A DNA stretch of 64,000 bases, taken from positions 9,734,001-9,798,000 of the forward strand of contig OZ024763.1 of the NCBI GenBank assembly GCA_964016885.1. The letters are read 5' to 3'. The stretch comes from Eledone cirrhosa. Its lineage: Eukaryota. Both the position numbers and the translations under genes were made by a program. The notes under the pieces were generated by a model, which saw only the letters and a program-made list of their open reading frames with translations, did no database searches and was not told where the DNA came from. Positions 13,012-25,813 of this stretch are shown here, piece after piece; within the stretch, counting starts at the first letter, position 1, and every line of letters starts with the position of its first letter.

Positions 13012-13296
13012 AAAAATTGATTAAAAGGTAATTTATGAGGCAATTATCATCATCATCATTTTACGTCCGCTTTTCCCTGCTTATATATATATATGAGAAA
13101 AACCACAGACCCTCCATCTCAACTCTACCTTTGAAAAGCAGAAGAACTGCGAAACCGGTAAAGGAACCAAATAAATTTTTTTTTTTTTTTTTTAAATAAG
13201 ACTCCAGTTGCATTTTCGATTTCATCTTTTTTTTCTTTATACTTTCACTCGTGTAGGACACCTCGGTTAGTTTTCATTTTGTAAAAAAAACCTCAC

Positions 13297-13329
<33 letters not shown>

Positions 13330-14242
13330 AGCAGGGAAAATGAATAAAAATAACCAGGATTAAATTACATTAAATTATTTAATTAATTTACAAATTTATC
13401 AATGCAGTAAGAAAATACATGTCCTCTGTATTGATTTCATCAGAATCTATCAAACAACATAACATAATTATTTACCTTGCCACATGCCTGTACATCTCCA
13501 TTTACCTTGCCACATGTCTGTACATCTCCATTTACCAGCCACATGCCTGTACATATCCATTCCGAAAACAAATTGAATATACAGTTGGTAAAACGTTAAA
13601 ACTTTATGGAAGACTAACCACGCAATTAACATTTATTCTTAATAAACGTATAGTGACTAAATAACGTATAGTCACTAAAAATTACTTTGCTTGACTCTAC
13701 TGCACGTATACTACAGACTAAATTAATGTTATAGGAATACAACTAGAACTTATAACTTTAATAATACTTATATTATAAGAATTACATTAATAGAATATAT
13801 TAAGTAAAACAATATAAAAATTATGGAAGCTTAATTCAGTAATAAAAAATTTAAATATCTAGTAGTTCTAGTTACTCAGAAACTAAATGGTGAAAGGATT
13901 ACTTTTAGAATAGAAAGTTATAAGTGTAAGGTAAGTTAAACCCACTCAAATATATACATACTATGTTAAGGTATCATAACATATATAACATGTATGATGA
14001 TTATGTTTCTCAATAAAAAAGTTCAATGGACCTTGGCCCAGAGCATCAATAATTCAAATTAAAAGATATATATATATAAAATTAGGATTGGTGCTCTAAA
14101 TTAACGATGTATACATGAATATATGTAAAGTATATTTGGCAATATACTGTATGCTTAATTAAAAACATTTTGAAGACCTTGTGCTATTATTTTAAAGTAG
14201 TGACTATGTCACTTACTTCTTTTTTCAACCAACGAAGGGAGA

Positions 14243-14288
14243 TAAGCTGACATATCTGTTTCACACTGTTGGTGATCATCAGAGCTTA
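14243..14288 (-). ncRNA. Type-I hammerhead ribozyme (AGCU family)
   Basis: UAAGCU CUGAUGA uCACcaacaGUGu GAAA CAgauaUG UC AGCUUA; GUC cleavage triplet. Confidence 0.8.
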
Positions 14289-14524
14289 GCACTCGCCAAC
14301 CTTTGTTGAAAATTATAGAGGCTGGATTCTTATAGAATTCCAGTAATAATCAGGAACTGATTATACAGAGTGATTGCCGGTCCAGCAATGTTGTAAAAAG
14401 AAGTAAGTGATATAGTCACTACTTTAAAATAATAGCGCAAGGTCTTCAAAATGTTTTTAATTAAACATACAGTATATTTCCAAATATACTATACATATAT
14501 TCATATATATGTGTATATATATAT

Positions 14525-15495
14525 ATATCATCATCATCATTTTACATCTGCTTTTCCCTGCTTGCAAGAGTGGGACGAGTCTTATTCAGCACAGCATCTC
14601 TCCACTTGTAACGGTCCTTCGTCATCTCCACCGTGAGCTTCAGCGATCTGAGGTCTATTCTCACCACCTCCGCCCATGTTTTTTGTGGTCTACCTCGACC
14701 ACGTCTTCCTTCAACTGGCATTTCCTGGCACTTCTTCACCCATCGGACATCCTCCATGTGTATCACATGTCCATACCACCTCAGTCTCCTCTCTCGCACA
14801 CTACATTCTATCCCTCTCAGACACAGTTTCTCTCTCAACACATTCATGCTGGGTCGTTCACGTACATTGACATTGCACATCCAACGGAGCATGCTTGCCT
14901 CATTTCTCTCCAGCCGTCGCATATCCTCTGCAGTTGCTGCCCATGTCTCACTACCATGCAGCATCGCGTTCCTCATACAGGCATCATATAACCGGCCTTT
15001 CGTACGCAGGAAGAAACCCTTCTTCATCAGCAGAGGAAGCAGCTCCCTAAATTTCTTCCAAGCCATCCTTATTCTAGATACTATGGCCTCGGAACACCCC
15101 CCTTCCATGCTAATCTGATCTCCTAGGTACCGGAAGCTATCCACCACTTCTATAGCACCCGCCTGCATTTGAAAAATGTGTCTATCAATGCGACTTCTAC
15201 TGTCTAATTTCCCTGTACATCTACTCTTTTGTACCCAGGATCTGCATTGTGTGCATTTTATAGAATTTATGCCAGTTCCTTTTCTGAATATCGAACATGG
15301 CCATTTCCCTGACGGAATCAGAGTTTTGTCCTCTTTTCTACTCATCAACACTTTTGTTTTAGTTAGGTTCACTCTCAGTCCTCTTGCTTTCAACTGCTGT
15401 TTCCATAGCCATAATTTATTCTCTAGCTCCTCTACTGATTCTGCTATAAGAACCAGATCGTCAGCATAGAGAAGTCTTAAACTCCTTTGTTATGG
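14525..15495 (-). mobile_element. RTE LINE subfamily B, 3' portion with (GAT)n tail
   Basis: ORF 14542-15393: FRYLGD, RRLRWYGHV, GRGRPQKTW; LLYADD at about 15460. Confidence 0.93.
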
Positions 15496-15819
15496 CTGGG
15501 AGAGTATGAGTTTCAATAGGTCTCAATACTACCCCTAAATTAAGCATGGACAGTAGAATTGACCATCAACCACTAAGAGAATATATACTTATTTCTAGGT
15601 ATTATGGTTTCACAGTGGAAATTATGATTGAGAAATTATGGTTAAAAATTAAAATTAAAAATCAAAAATCAAAAATCAAAAAATAAAAAAAAGGTCTTTA
15701 AGGTATTCCTGGCCTTTCAATAATAAAACCTTTCAATCATAAGAATATAGGCTTACATGTAGTAGCTGCAATGGGTCAGTAAGCAGCAAACAGCCACAGG
15801 AAACAAGCACTACCAGACT

Positions 15820-16745
15820 CTGGGAGGGTTCTGTAAAAACAGTAGACAGCTTCTGCTAACTAGGTGACCAAATTAGCAGTAGAGGAGGGTGTTCTGAAAG
15901 TATAGTAACTAGGGTAAGAACGGGATGGAAGAAATTCAGGCAACTACTAACTTTGCTAGCTGCAAAAGGCTTTTCCCTCAAAATGAAAGGCAGATTGTAT
16001 GATGCATGTATACGAACAGCAATGTTACATGGTAGTGAGACCTGGGTGCTGTCTGTGGAAGACTTGTGTAGATTAGAAAGAAACGAAGCTTGCATGCTCC
16101 GATGGATGTATAATAGTAATATACGCGAAGGGCAAAACATAAATGAATTGAGAGAGAGTCTGAGCATAAGAGGAATCAAATGGTGTGTGTAGGAGATGAG
16201 GATGCGTTGGTATGGACATGTGATGCGTATGAAGGATGAAAGCTGCAGAAAAAAGTGCAGAGCACTAAAAGTTGATGGGAGCCTTGGAGTGGGGAGACAC
16301 AGGAAGACCTGGGATGAGGTGATAAAAGCTGACCTTGCCCAATTGCATCTCTCAAAGGTGATTACAAGGACAGAGACCTCTGGCGGTATGCAATAATACA
16401 GAAGACCCGACTTCCCACGGGTACAAGCTGAAGCATATAGACAGTATGCTCCCATGCCCCTCCCACTGTCAAATGGTTATGTAGGTGTCACAACAAAATA
16501 AAGCACCCAGCCCACACTGTAGAGTGGTAATGTAGGCACCATGGTAAAAAGCACCCAGTACTCACTGAGAATGAGGTTGGTGTTAGGAAGGACATCCAGC
16601 TGTAGAAATCAAGCAAAAATCAGTTCTGTATGAATAAGACATGGTTACTTGACCTGACATTACTCCCACAACAGGACAACCCGTCTAACCCATGCTAGCG
16701 TGGAAGAATGGATGTAAAACGGAGATGATGATGATGATGATGATA
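15820..16745 (+). mobile_element. 5'-truncated RTE LINE subfamily C (triplication copy 1)
   Basis: KGFSLKMKGRLYDACIRTAMLHGSETW; 3' UTR and (GAT)n tail. Confidence 0.88.
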
Positions 16746-16927
16746 TATATACATATATGTACATACATAAATGTGTATATATATATATGAATTTGTTTTG
16801 CAAGGTTTCTGATATGGAATCGTGTACCGAAACAAATGCTACAGAAGCGGGAACCAACCAAACAGTGAGTGTGTTCTGTTATTATTTCTGGCAATATTAT
16901 TACAACAATATGACCCTCCCCAAGTAT

Positions 16928-16984
<57 letters not shown>

Positions 16985-17821
16985 TTAAGGTAAACATTGA
17001 TGCAATTCCATTCAAGCACTCAACATACTTTTTCCACATAGGAGTGACAGAGTATATATCGAATAAGGAAAAGCGAAGTAGTTTCAGATGTTAAAGTCCT
17101 TTAATGATAATGCTGTGATACATATTTCAATGACGACAGTGGCCACACGCTTCGGTGTGCCCAGTGCCCTAACATCATCAGACAGCTTCTTACATAATAA
17201 GGTTATGTTTCCGAGGCAATCCAAATTGAATCGACATGGGAACGGACAAAGCATGTGCTCTTGGGTTCTTTGCTAGTTCCCTTGTGAGTCCCAATTCACC
17301 CCCACCGGTCTGCGCAGGCGCAAGTCCAAAGGAAGTTGACTATCAACTACCCCAAAGTTCTACAAAACTCGCCTAGGCAGGTCCTCCTCTCAACCAAACA
17401 ATCACCCCATCCAGGTCTGTAATATGACACGGTTATAGTTTACTGCTAGTCACCCTGCAGTGGTAGTTGGCCGAAAGCTAGTGGAGGTGGGAGAGTATGA
17501 GTTTCAATAGGTCTCAATACTACCCCTAAATTAAGCATGGACAGTAGAATTCACCATCAACCACTAAGAGAATATATATTTATTTCTAGGTATTATGGTT
17601 TCACATTGGAAATTATGATTGAGAAATTATGGTTAGAAATTAAAATTAAAAAAAAAAAAAAATTAAAAAAAAAAAATAAAATTTTTTTTAAAAAGGCCTT
17701 TAAGGTATTCCTGGCCTTTCAATCATAAAACCTTTCAATCATAAGAATATAGGCTTTACATGTAGCAGCTGCAACGGGTCAGTAAGCAGCAAACAGCCAC
17801 AGGAAACAAGCACTACCAGAC

Positions 17822-18945
17822 TCTGGGAGGGTTCTGTAAAAACAGTAGACAGCTTCTGCTAACTAGGTGACCAAATTAGCAGTGGAGGAGGGTGTTCTGA
17901 AAGTATAGTAACTAGGGTAAGAACGGGATGGAAGAACTTCAGGCAGCTACTAACTTTGCTAGCTGCAAAAGGCTTTTCCCTCAAAATGAAAGGCAGACTG
18001 TATGATGCGTGTATACGAACAGCAATGTTACATGGTAGTGAGACCTGGGTGCTGTCTGTGAAAGACTTACGTAGATTAGAAAGAAACGGAGCTTGCATAC
18101 TCCGATGGATGTATAATAGTAATATACGCGAAGGGCAAAACATAAATGAATTGAGAGAGAGTCTGAGCATAAGAGGAATTAAATGGTGTGTGTAGGAGAT
18201 GAGGATGCGTTGGTATGGACATGTGATGCGTATGAAGGATGTCAGCTGTGTAAAAAGGTACAGAGCACTAAAAGTCGATGGAAGCCTTGGAGTGGGGAGA
18301 CACAGGAAGACCTGGGATGAGGTGATAAAAGCTGACCTTGCCCAATTGCATCTCTCAAAGGTGATTACACAGGACAGAGACCTCTGGCGGTATGCAATAA
18401 TTGTTTCTATTTTAGGCACAAGGCCAGCAATTCACCAGTACATTACTGGTACTTTATTTTATCGACCCCGTAAGGATGAAAGGCAAAGTTAACCTCGGCG
18501 GGATTTGAACTCAGATCATAAAGGGACGTAACTCTATGCTTCAAAGCATGGCGTCCGACTCTCTACCGATACTGCCAATCCATCGCCCATGCAATAATAC
18601 AGAAGACCCGACTTCCCACGGGTACAAGCTGAAGCATATAGACAGTATGCTCCCATGCCCCTCCCACTGTCAAATGGTTATGTAGATGTCACAACAAAAA
18701 AAAAGCGCCCAGCCCACACTGTAGAGTGGTCATGTAGGCACCATGGTAAAAAGCACCCAGTACTCACTGAGAATGAGGTTGGTGTTAGGAAGGACATCCA
18801 GCTGTAGAAATCAAGCAAAAATCAGTTCTGTATGAACAAGACATGGTTACTTGACCTGACATTACTCCCACAACAGGACAACCCGTCTAACCCATGCTAG
18901 CGTGGAAGAATTGATGTAAAATGGAGATGATGATGATGATGATGA
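17822..18945 (+). mobile_element. RTE subfamily C (copy 2) carrying a SINE insertion
   Basis: Same motifs as copy 1. Confidence 0.88.
18402..18588 (-). mobile_element. Full-length SINE family 1 with 10-bp TSD ATGCAATAAT
   Basis: TSD at 18392-18401 and 18589-18598; empty site in copy 1 at about 16388. Confidence 0.93.
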
Positions 18946-19137
18946 TATATATACATATATGTACATACATAAATGTGTATATATATATATGAATTTGTTT
19001 TGCAAGGTTTCTGATATGGAATCGTGTACCGAAACAAATGCTACAGAAGCGGAAACCAACCAAACAGTGAGTGTGTTCTGTTATTATTTCTGGCAATATT
19101 ATTACAACAATATGACCCTCCCCAAGTATAACATATA

Positions 19138-20420
19138 CAAGGGGGGATCAAAAAGTTCGCGGAATTTTTCAAAAAATATGATTTATCTTCAATTTATTTT
19201 TCTACATAGTTGCCATCCAGGTCAATACACTTCACAAGGCGATGCTTCCAGCTTCGTAAGCCGTCTCTAAAGAAAGTTGAAGGCCTTGTTTGAAGCCATG
19301 TGTTGGCAGTGTTTTTAGCTTCTTCAACACCACTAAAACGGGTTCCCTTTAGCATTTCTTTGAGTTTTGGAAAGAGGAAAAAGTCTGATGGGGCTAAATC
19401 TAGACTATAAGGCGGGTGAGGAAGCACTTCCCATCGAAATTCTCGAAGAACTTCTTTTGCAACTCGCGCAGAATGCGCTGGTACATTGTCATGGTGAAAC
19501 AAGACCCCACCATGAAGTTTCCCTTTTCGTTTCTTGACTAATACCTCTTTCAGCTTCCTTAAAACATTTGCATAGTAAGCGCCTGTCACAGTTCTTTGAC
19601 CTTCAAGATAATCTATTAGTATCACCCCATCTGAATCCCAGAAAATGGTGGCCATCCCTTGTTGATCCGACTTTTGAGATTTGAACTTGATTGGCCCCGA
19701 TGATCCACGTGGAAGCCAGTTTTGACTGCTGTTTGGATTCAGGATCATATTGGTAGATCTAGGTTTCATCTCCGGTGATGATTCTGGTCAGAAAATGCTC
19801 TTCATCAACTTCAATTTTGTTTAATATCGCCAAAGACAGGTCACTTCGAAGAATCAGCTGATCAGGGCGCAACGTTTTTGGGACCCATCGCGCTGAAAGC
19901 TTGCTTAGTCCCAAATTATCGTGCAGAATTGTATTTGCCGAACCATATGAAATGTCTAGTGACTTAGCTAACTGATTAACTGTTATTCTTCGATCTTCTT
20001 CAATTAAAGTCTGAGTAGCTGTAACGTTTTGGTCATTTTTTGATGTTCCTGGTCTGCGATGGTCGTCTTCAAGGTCGTCTCTCCCTTGTTTGAATCGCTG
20101 AATCCACTTGTAGACAGCAGTTTTCTTTGGAGCAGTAGTACCATAAACTTTAACTAAAGCCTCCATAATCTGTGTCCCTTTCCATTTGAGTTTCACCAGA
20201 AACTTGATATTCGATCTTATCTCAAAATAACTATTTTCCATTGTTCCAAAAAGAGATTTTTTAAAGAGTGTCAGTACTGTACAATAGTCCGCACATAACT
20301 GACTGTAAGTGACTAATAGCAAGGTAAACACCCAGTGACAATGTTCTGACATGTTTAATATTGTTTTAACCTATTTTTTTCTTACTACGATAAAATTCCG
20401 CAAACTTTTTGACCCCCTTA
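19138..20420 (-). mobile_element. Full-length mariner (DD34D, Hsmar2/irritans-like) transposon
   Basis: ~30-bp TIRs (CAAGGGGGGATCAAAAAGTTCGCGGAATTTT), TA flanks, inserted in a (TA)n tract that is empty in copy 1. Confidence 0.95.
19194..20241 (-). pseudogene. Mariner transposase with premature stop (GDET*) and a frameshift
   Basis: WVPKTL, ITGDET, WLPRG, HDN-34aa-D in HPPYSLDLAPSD. Confidence 0.92.
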
Positions 20421-21267
20421 TATATGCATATATATATATATATACTTAAGGTAAACATTGATGCAATTTCATTCAAGCACTCAACATACTTTTTCCACAT
20501 AGGAGTGACGGAGTATATATCGAATAAGAAAAAACGAAGTAGTTTCAGATGTTAAAGTGCTTTAATGATAATGCTGTGATACATATTTCAATGACGACAG
20601 TGGCCACACGCTTCGGTGTGCCCAGTGCCCTAACATCATCAGACAGCTTCTTACATAATAAGGTTATGTTTCCGAGGCAATCCAAATTGAATCGACATGG
20701 GTACGGACAAAGTGTGTGCTCTTGGGATCTTCGCCCGTTCCCTTGTGAGTCCCAATTCACCCACACCGGTCTGCGCAGGCGCAAGTCCAAAGGAAGTTGA
20801 CTATCAACTACCCCAAAGTTCTACGAAACTCGCCTAGGCCGGTCCCCCTCTCAACCAAACAATCACCCCATCCAGGTCTGTAATATGACACGGTTATAGT
20901 TTACTGCTAGTCACCCTGCCAGTGACAGTTGGCCGAAAGCTAGTGGAGGTGGGAGGGTATGAGTTTCAATAGGTCTCAATACTACCCCTAAATTAAGCAT
21001 GGACAGTAGAATTCACCATCAACCACTAAGAGAATATATATTTATTTCTAGGTATTATGGTTTCACAGTGGAAATTATGATTGAGAAATTATGGTTAGAA
21101 ATTAAAATAAAAAAAAAATAAAATAAAATAAAAAAAAAAGGCATTTAAGGTATTCCTGGCCTTTCAATCATATACACTTTCAATCATAAGAATATAGGCT
21201 TTACATGTAGCAGCTGCAATGGGTCAGTAAGCAGCAAACAGCCACAGGAAACAAGCACTACCAGACT

Positions 21268-22192
21268 CTGGGGGGGTTCTGTAGAAACAGTAGACAGCTT
21301 CTGCTAACTAGGTGACCAAATTAGCAGCGGAGGAGGGTGTTCTGAAAGTATAGTAACTAGGGTAAGAACGGGATGGAAGAACTTCAAGGAGCTACTAACT
21401 TTGCTAGCTGCAAAAGGCTTTTCCTTCAAAATGAAAGGCAGACTGTATGATGCGTGTATACGAACAGCAATGTTACATGGTAGTGAGACCTGGGTGCTGT
21501 CTGTGGAAGACTTACGTAGATTAGAAAGAAACGGAGCTTGCATACTCCGATGGATGTGTAATAGTAATATACGCGAACGGCAAAACATAAATGAATTGAG
21601 AGAGAGTCTGAGCATAAGAGGAATCAAATGCTGTGTGCAGGAGAGGAGGATGCGTTGGTATGGACATGTGATGCGTATGAAGGATGACAGCTGCAGAAAA
21701 AAGTGCAGAGCACTAAAAGTTGATGGGAGCCTTGGAGTGGAGAGACACAGGAAGACCTGGGATGAGGTGATAAAAGCGGACCTTGCCCAATTGCTCCTCT
21801 CAACTGCGATGACACAGGACCATGACCTCTGGCGTCACGCAGTAATACAGACGACCTGACTTCTCATGGGAACAAGCCGAAGCTGAAGCATATACACAAT
21901 ATGACCCCACACCCTCCCACTGCAAAGTGGTCGTGGAGCTGCCATGACAAAAAAGCACCCAGACCACACTGTAAAGTGGACGTGTAGGCGCCATAGAAAA
22001 AAAGCACCCAGCACTCACTGTAAATGAGGTTGGTGTTAGGAAGGGCATCCAGCTGTAGAAATCAAGCCAAAATCAGTTCCCGTATGAGCAAGACAAGGTC
22101 AGCTGACCTAACATTGCCTACAACAGGACAGCCCGTCTAACCCATGGTAGTGTGGAAGAATCGATGTAAAACGGTGATGATGATGATGATGA
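21268..22192 (+). mobile_element. RTE subfamily C (copy 3, more intact ORF)
   Basis: ORF 21401-21859 includes CCVQERRMRWYGHV. Confidence 0.88.
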
Positions 22193-22380
22193 TATATAAT
22201 ATATATACATATATATATATATAGAATATTTACATATTGAGAGAGAGAAGGAGGGAAAGGCGATACATGTAGTTATTTGCCAAATAGCGTATGCAGAGGG
22301 TGCTCAATACTAGTGCCGGCAGTGTTAAATATTAGAAGTGTTAATATTTAGTGGGCGAGAGAATTAGCAGAGCGGAAGCA

Positions 22381-22543
22381 CATGGAGAAGTAAATAAGGA
22401 GAACAAACCGTTAAAACATGTTTATTTAAAATAGCACCTACGTACGTTTCGCCTGAATGGGCTTCTCAAGGGCGAAATGTACGTAGGTGCTATTTTAAAT
22501 AAACATGTTTTAACGGTTTGTTCTCCTTTATTTACTTCTCCAC
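22381..22543. repeat. ~70-bp-arm inverted repeat with a truncated hammerhead 3' half (GAAACGUACGUA) in each arm
   Basis: Arms are reverse complements; the CUGANGA core is lost at the inversion centre. Confidence 0.8.
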
Positions 22544-22592
<49 letters not shown>

Positions 22593-22684
22593 CAATGAGT
22601 TATTTAATTTGTTGATTATTCAAACAGAACTCAAAACGTTAAGTTCTAGTTTTGAATATGTCACTATCTGTAAAACAACTTTTG

Positions 22685-22745
22685 TATTTTATCTGATGAG
22701 AGCGTACCAAAATGTTGGTACCCTTGAAATATATATAATAAAATA
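22685..22745 (+). ncRNA. Type-I hammerhead ribozyme (UAUUUUAU family)
   Basis: UAUUUUAU CUGAUGA GAG.GUACCAA/UUGGUAC.CUU GAAA UAUAUA UA AUAAAAUA. Confidence 0.8.
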
Positions 22746-22998
22746 AATATGGCTTATTAAAGATAGTTTCCATTTATTAATATTATTGATATATATATAT
22801 ATATAAAAGGAATCCTGAGCTCTTTAAAATACAATATGTAGAAAGGGTAACACACTAGAGAGGGAGAGAGAGCATGTGCCATCAATAAAACAGGGAAACC
22901 ACCAGTGTATGGAATCTATAACCTATGGAAGGCAGGGTAGACACACAATAATTAAAAATATAAATTAAAATGGGCATACGCACCTCTATAACAATATA

Positions 22999-23081
22999 AC
23001 ACGCGTACAAATCCGAAGAGATCTGTTTCACCAAGAAATTATTGATTGAAATGGAATCGCCTATGGGTCATCAGCGTGTGT
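22999..23081 (-). ncRNA. Type-I hammerhead with stable 8-bp stem III
   Basis: ACACACG CUGAUGA ... GAAA CAGAUCU cuuc GGAUUUG UA CGCGUGU. Confidence 0.72.
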
Positions 23082-23352
23082 AAGACAAATACATTCCAGA
23101 CAACTCTAAGAAAATATAAGATAACCGTCTTGCAACATGCAGCAGAGAGATGTGACAGCGTGCATAGGACATAACATATATATATATATATTAGGATTGG
23201 TGCTTTGAAATAGCGATGTATAGATGAATGTATGTATAGTATATTTGGCAATATACCGTATGTTTAATTAAAAACATTTTGAAGACCATACGTTATCAGT
23301 TTTAAAGTAGTGACTATGTCACTTACTTCATTTCGGTGAAAGAAGGGAGAGA

Positions 23353-23394
23353 AGCTGACAGTCTGTTTCACGCTGGTTGGCGTTCATCAGAGCC
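23353..23394 (-). ncRNA. Type-I hammerhead ribozyme (AGCU family)
   Basis: GGCU CUGAUGA ACGCcaaccaGCGU GAAA CAGACUG UC AGCU. Confidence 0.82.
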
Positions 23395-23669
23395 ATGTAC
23401 TCCCCTGCTTCTGCTGAAAATTATAGAAGTGGATTCTTATAGAATTCCAGTAATAATCAGGAGCTGATTATACAGAGCAATTGCCGGTCCAGCAAAAATT
23501 AGGTATTAGGATTGGTACTCTAAAATAGCGATGTATACATATTTGGCAATTGTTTAATTAAAAACATTTAGAAGACCACGACAAGTGGAGAGATGCTGTG
23601 CTGAATAGGACCCGTCCCACCCTTGCAAGAAGGGAAAAGCGGACGTAAAATGATGATGATGATGAAGAT

Positions 23670-24545
23670 AATAGAAGTGGTAATACAACAGTTAGTTCAC
23701 CATACCGAGAACAATTGCTTCACCTTAACGGATCTTCAGCTCATACTGGTCATGGTTATATGGAACAGGAAGAACAACCGTATGAACATGCATGCGCAGA
23801 AACAGTCACTTCACCCAAGTGATACGAAGCCACGGGCGAAAGGTGTAAGGGAGATAACTGCAAAAGTCGGAAAAAATGTTTGAGTTGATAAGAAAATTAG
23901 AATGTTATTGTTATTCAATCCGGAGCTTTGTAGTTATGCAAGAGGTGTTTCCAGACATGTGGACAACGTGAGAAGATTTCATTTCTTGAATTTAGGCAAT
24001 CGCTATTGCGTAATCCCTTTAGAATATTTATCCTTTCTTCAATACACCGTCCACACGATGGATTTCCCCTTGCGTATGGCTTGGACTTAGTGATGGCTTT
24101 CCATTGAATGGAGTAGTCTATACTTGAGTCCTTGAGGGACCATACGTGGCTCGCGAGTTTCGTGTATGAACGTCTGTCCGGGTACCTAAAGGTCGACTGG
24201 TGGTTCAGGAAGAGTTCCTTAAATCGGCCCTCCGCCATACCCACATAGGATTTGACCTCCTGTTGTTGATTTGGTTGGTTGGAAGTGACCACAGCTTCAT
24301 AAACTACAGCGGGTGTGTTGTATTGCTGTTGAAGGGGACAAGCTTCAGGCTTTCAACAAGAGCATCCTGGTGGGGTGCCGCTCTTAGGACTGTTGGTGAT
24401 GTGGGCCTTCATATGCTTAGCGCAGGAGTACCCTAGTTTTACTCTGTGTCTGTTAAAGATGGAGCGGTATTTGTGACCTATCGGAAAGTGTCTATCTAAG
24501 AGGGCTAAAAATATTTATATTATATTTTTCCTTACAGCAACATTC
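23670..24545 (-). mobile_element. Penelope-like element 3' part: GIY-YIG endonuclease plus hammerhead-bearing 3' region
   Basis: IFNRHRVKLGYSC..CPL..VVYEA..SYVGMAEGRFKE..NHQSTF..TKLASHVWSLK..CGRC.EE..LNSRNE..CPH. Confidence 0.85.
23707..23742 (-). ncRNA. Hammerhead motif 3' of the PLE ORF (GAAA mutated to GAAG)
   Basis: GAG CUGAAGA uCCguuaaGGu GAAG CAAUUG UU CUC; palindromic stem III. Confidence 0.7.
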
Positions 24546-24733
24546 AACTTCTTTGACAAACATTTTTTCGCCTGACCAATGCAATCAACAATATTTGTTT
24601 CGTGAATGAATTTGTCTTCGCTTTTGATTTGTCTTCGCTAATTTAATTTCATTTTTGGTCTGAGAGGCATTGGGTATTTTAATAGGAACTGGGAATACCC
24701 CCGCTCTCGGGTATTACCGGGTACCTGAGCTAG

Positions 24734-24773
<40 letters not shown>

Positions 24774-24948
24774 TATATGAAAAACATATATTACGAAAAA
24801 CATGGGCGGAGGTGGTGAGAGCAGACCTCAGATCGCTGAAACTCACTGAGGAGATGACGAAGGACCGTGACAAGTGGAGAGATGCTGTGCTGAATAGGAC
24901 CCATCCCACCCTTGCAAGCAGGGAAAAGCAGACATAAAATGATGATGA

Positions 24949-25016
<68 letters not shown>

Positions 25017-25354
25017 GATAACAAAATATCGTTATAGGTAATCCAGTTAGAGGTTGTGAATACTTCTTATTATGGATAGTTTTAGCGTACAGCGTTGTTT
25101 GACTCAACAAGAGGTTTACGTAGATGACGAGTTTATGATTTCATTTGTATTCCTATGTAAGTTTATCTTGGAGTAATAAAATTGAAAAAGTGAAGAATAA
25201 CATGATCTTCGGAAACAGTTTCCGAAGATCTAATCGAGCTAACATCGTATTTAAAATTGAGTGGCACTGCTTCTAGTTTTCAGCAATTTTTAGACATTTT
25301 TATCAGTGACACAATTGTTAGACTGCAAATAAATCCCCTTTTTTGTAGTTTTTC

Positions 25355-25406
<52 letters not shown>

Positions 25407-25425
25407 GCAGAAGAGGGCAGTACGT

Positions 25426-25467
25426 AGCTCTGATGATTGCTAAACAGCATGAAACAGACTGTTAGCT
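25426..25467 (+). ncRNA. Type-I hammerhead ribozyme (AGCU family)
   Basis: AGCU CUGAUGA uUGCUaaacAGCAu GAAA CAGACUG UU AGCU. Confidence 0.78.
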
Positions 25468-25737
25468 TCTCTGTCTTCTTTCACCGAAAAGAAGTAAGTG
25501 ACATAGTCACTACTTTAAAATGATAGTGTAAGGTCTTCAAAATGTTTTTAATTAAACATACGGTATATTGCCAAATATATTATGCATACATTCATGTATA
25601 CATCACTATTTCAGAGCAGCAATCCTAATATATATATATTAAGTTTATCCCAGGTTCAAACGAGAGTAACCACAGTAAGTAAGGTACTCAATACAAAGCA
25701 GAGTATAAATATTTAATATAGATATTTAAATAAATAA

Positions 25738-25813
<76 letters not shown>

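Larger units (their letters stand above)
15497..22192 (+). repeat. Tandem triplication of a ~2-kb unit (copies start at 15497, 17488, 20950)
   Basis: TGGGAGAGTATGAGTTTCAATAGG... recurs with colinear downstream sequence. Confidence 0.93.

Noticed and set aside
17135-17190. Minus-strand CUGAUGA...GAAG motif (also at about 20596-20650)
   Set aside because: GAAA is mutated and stems I-III pair poorly; at best a decayed hammerhead.
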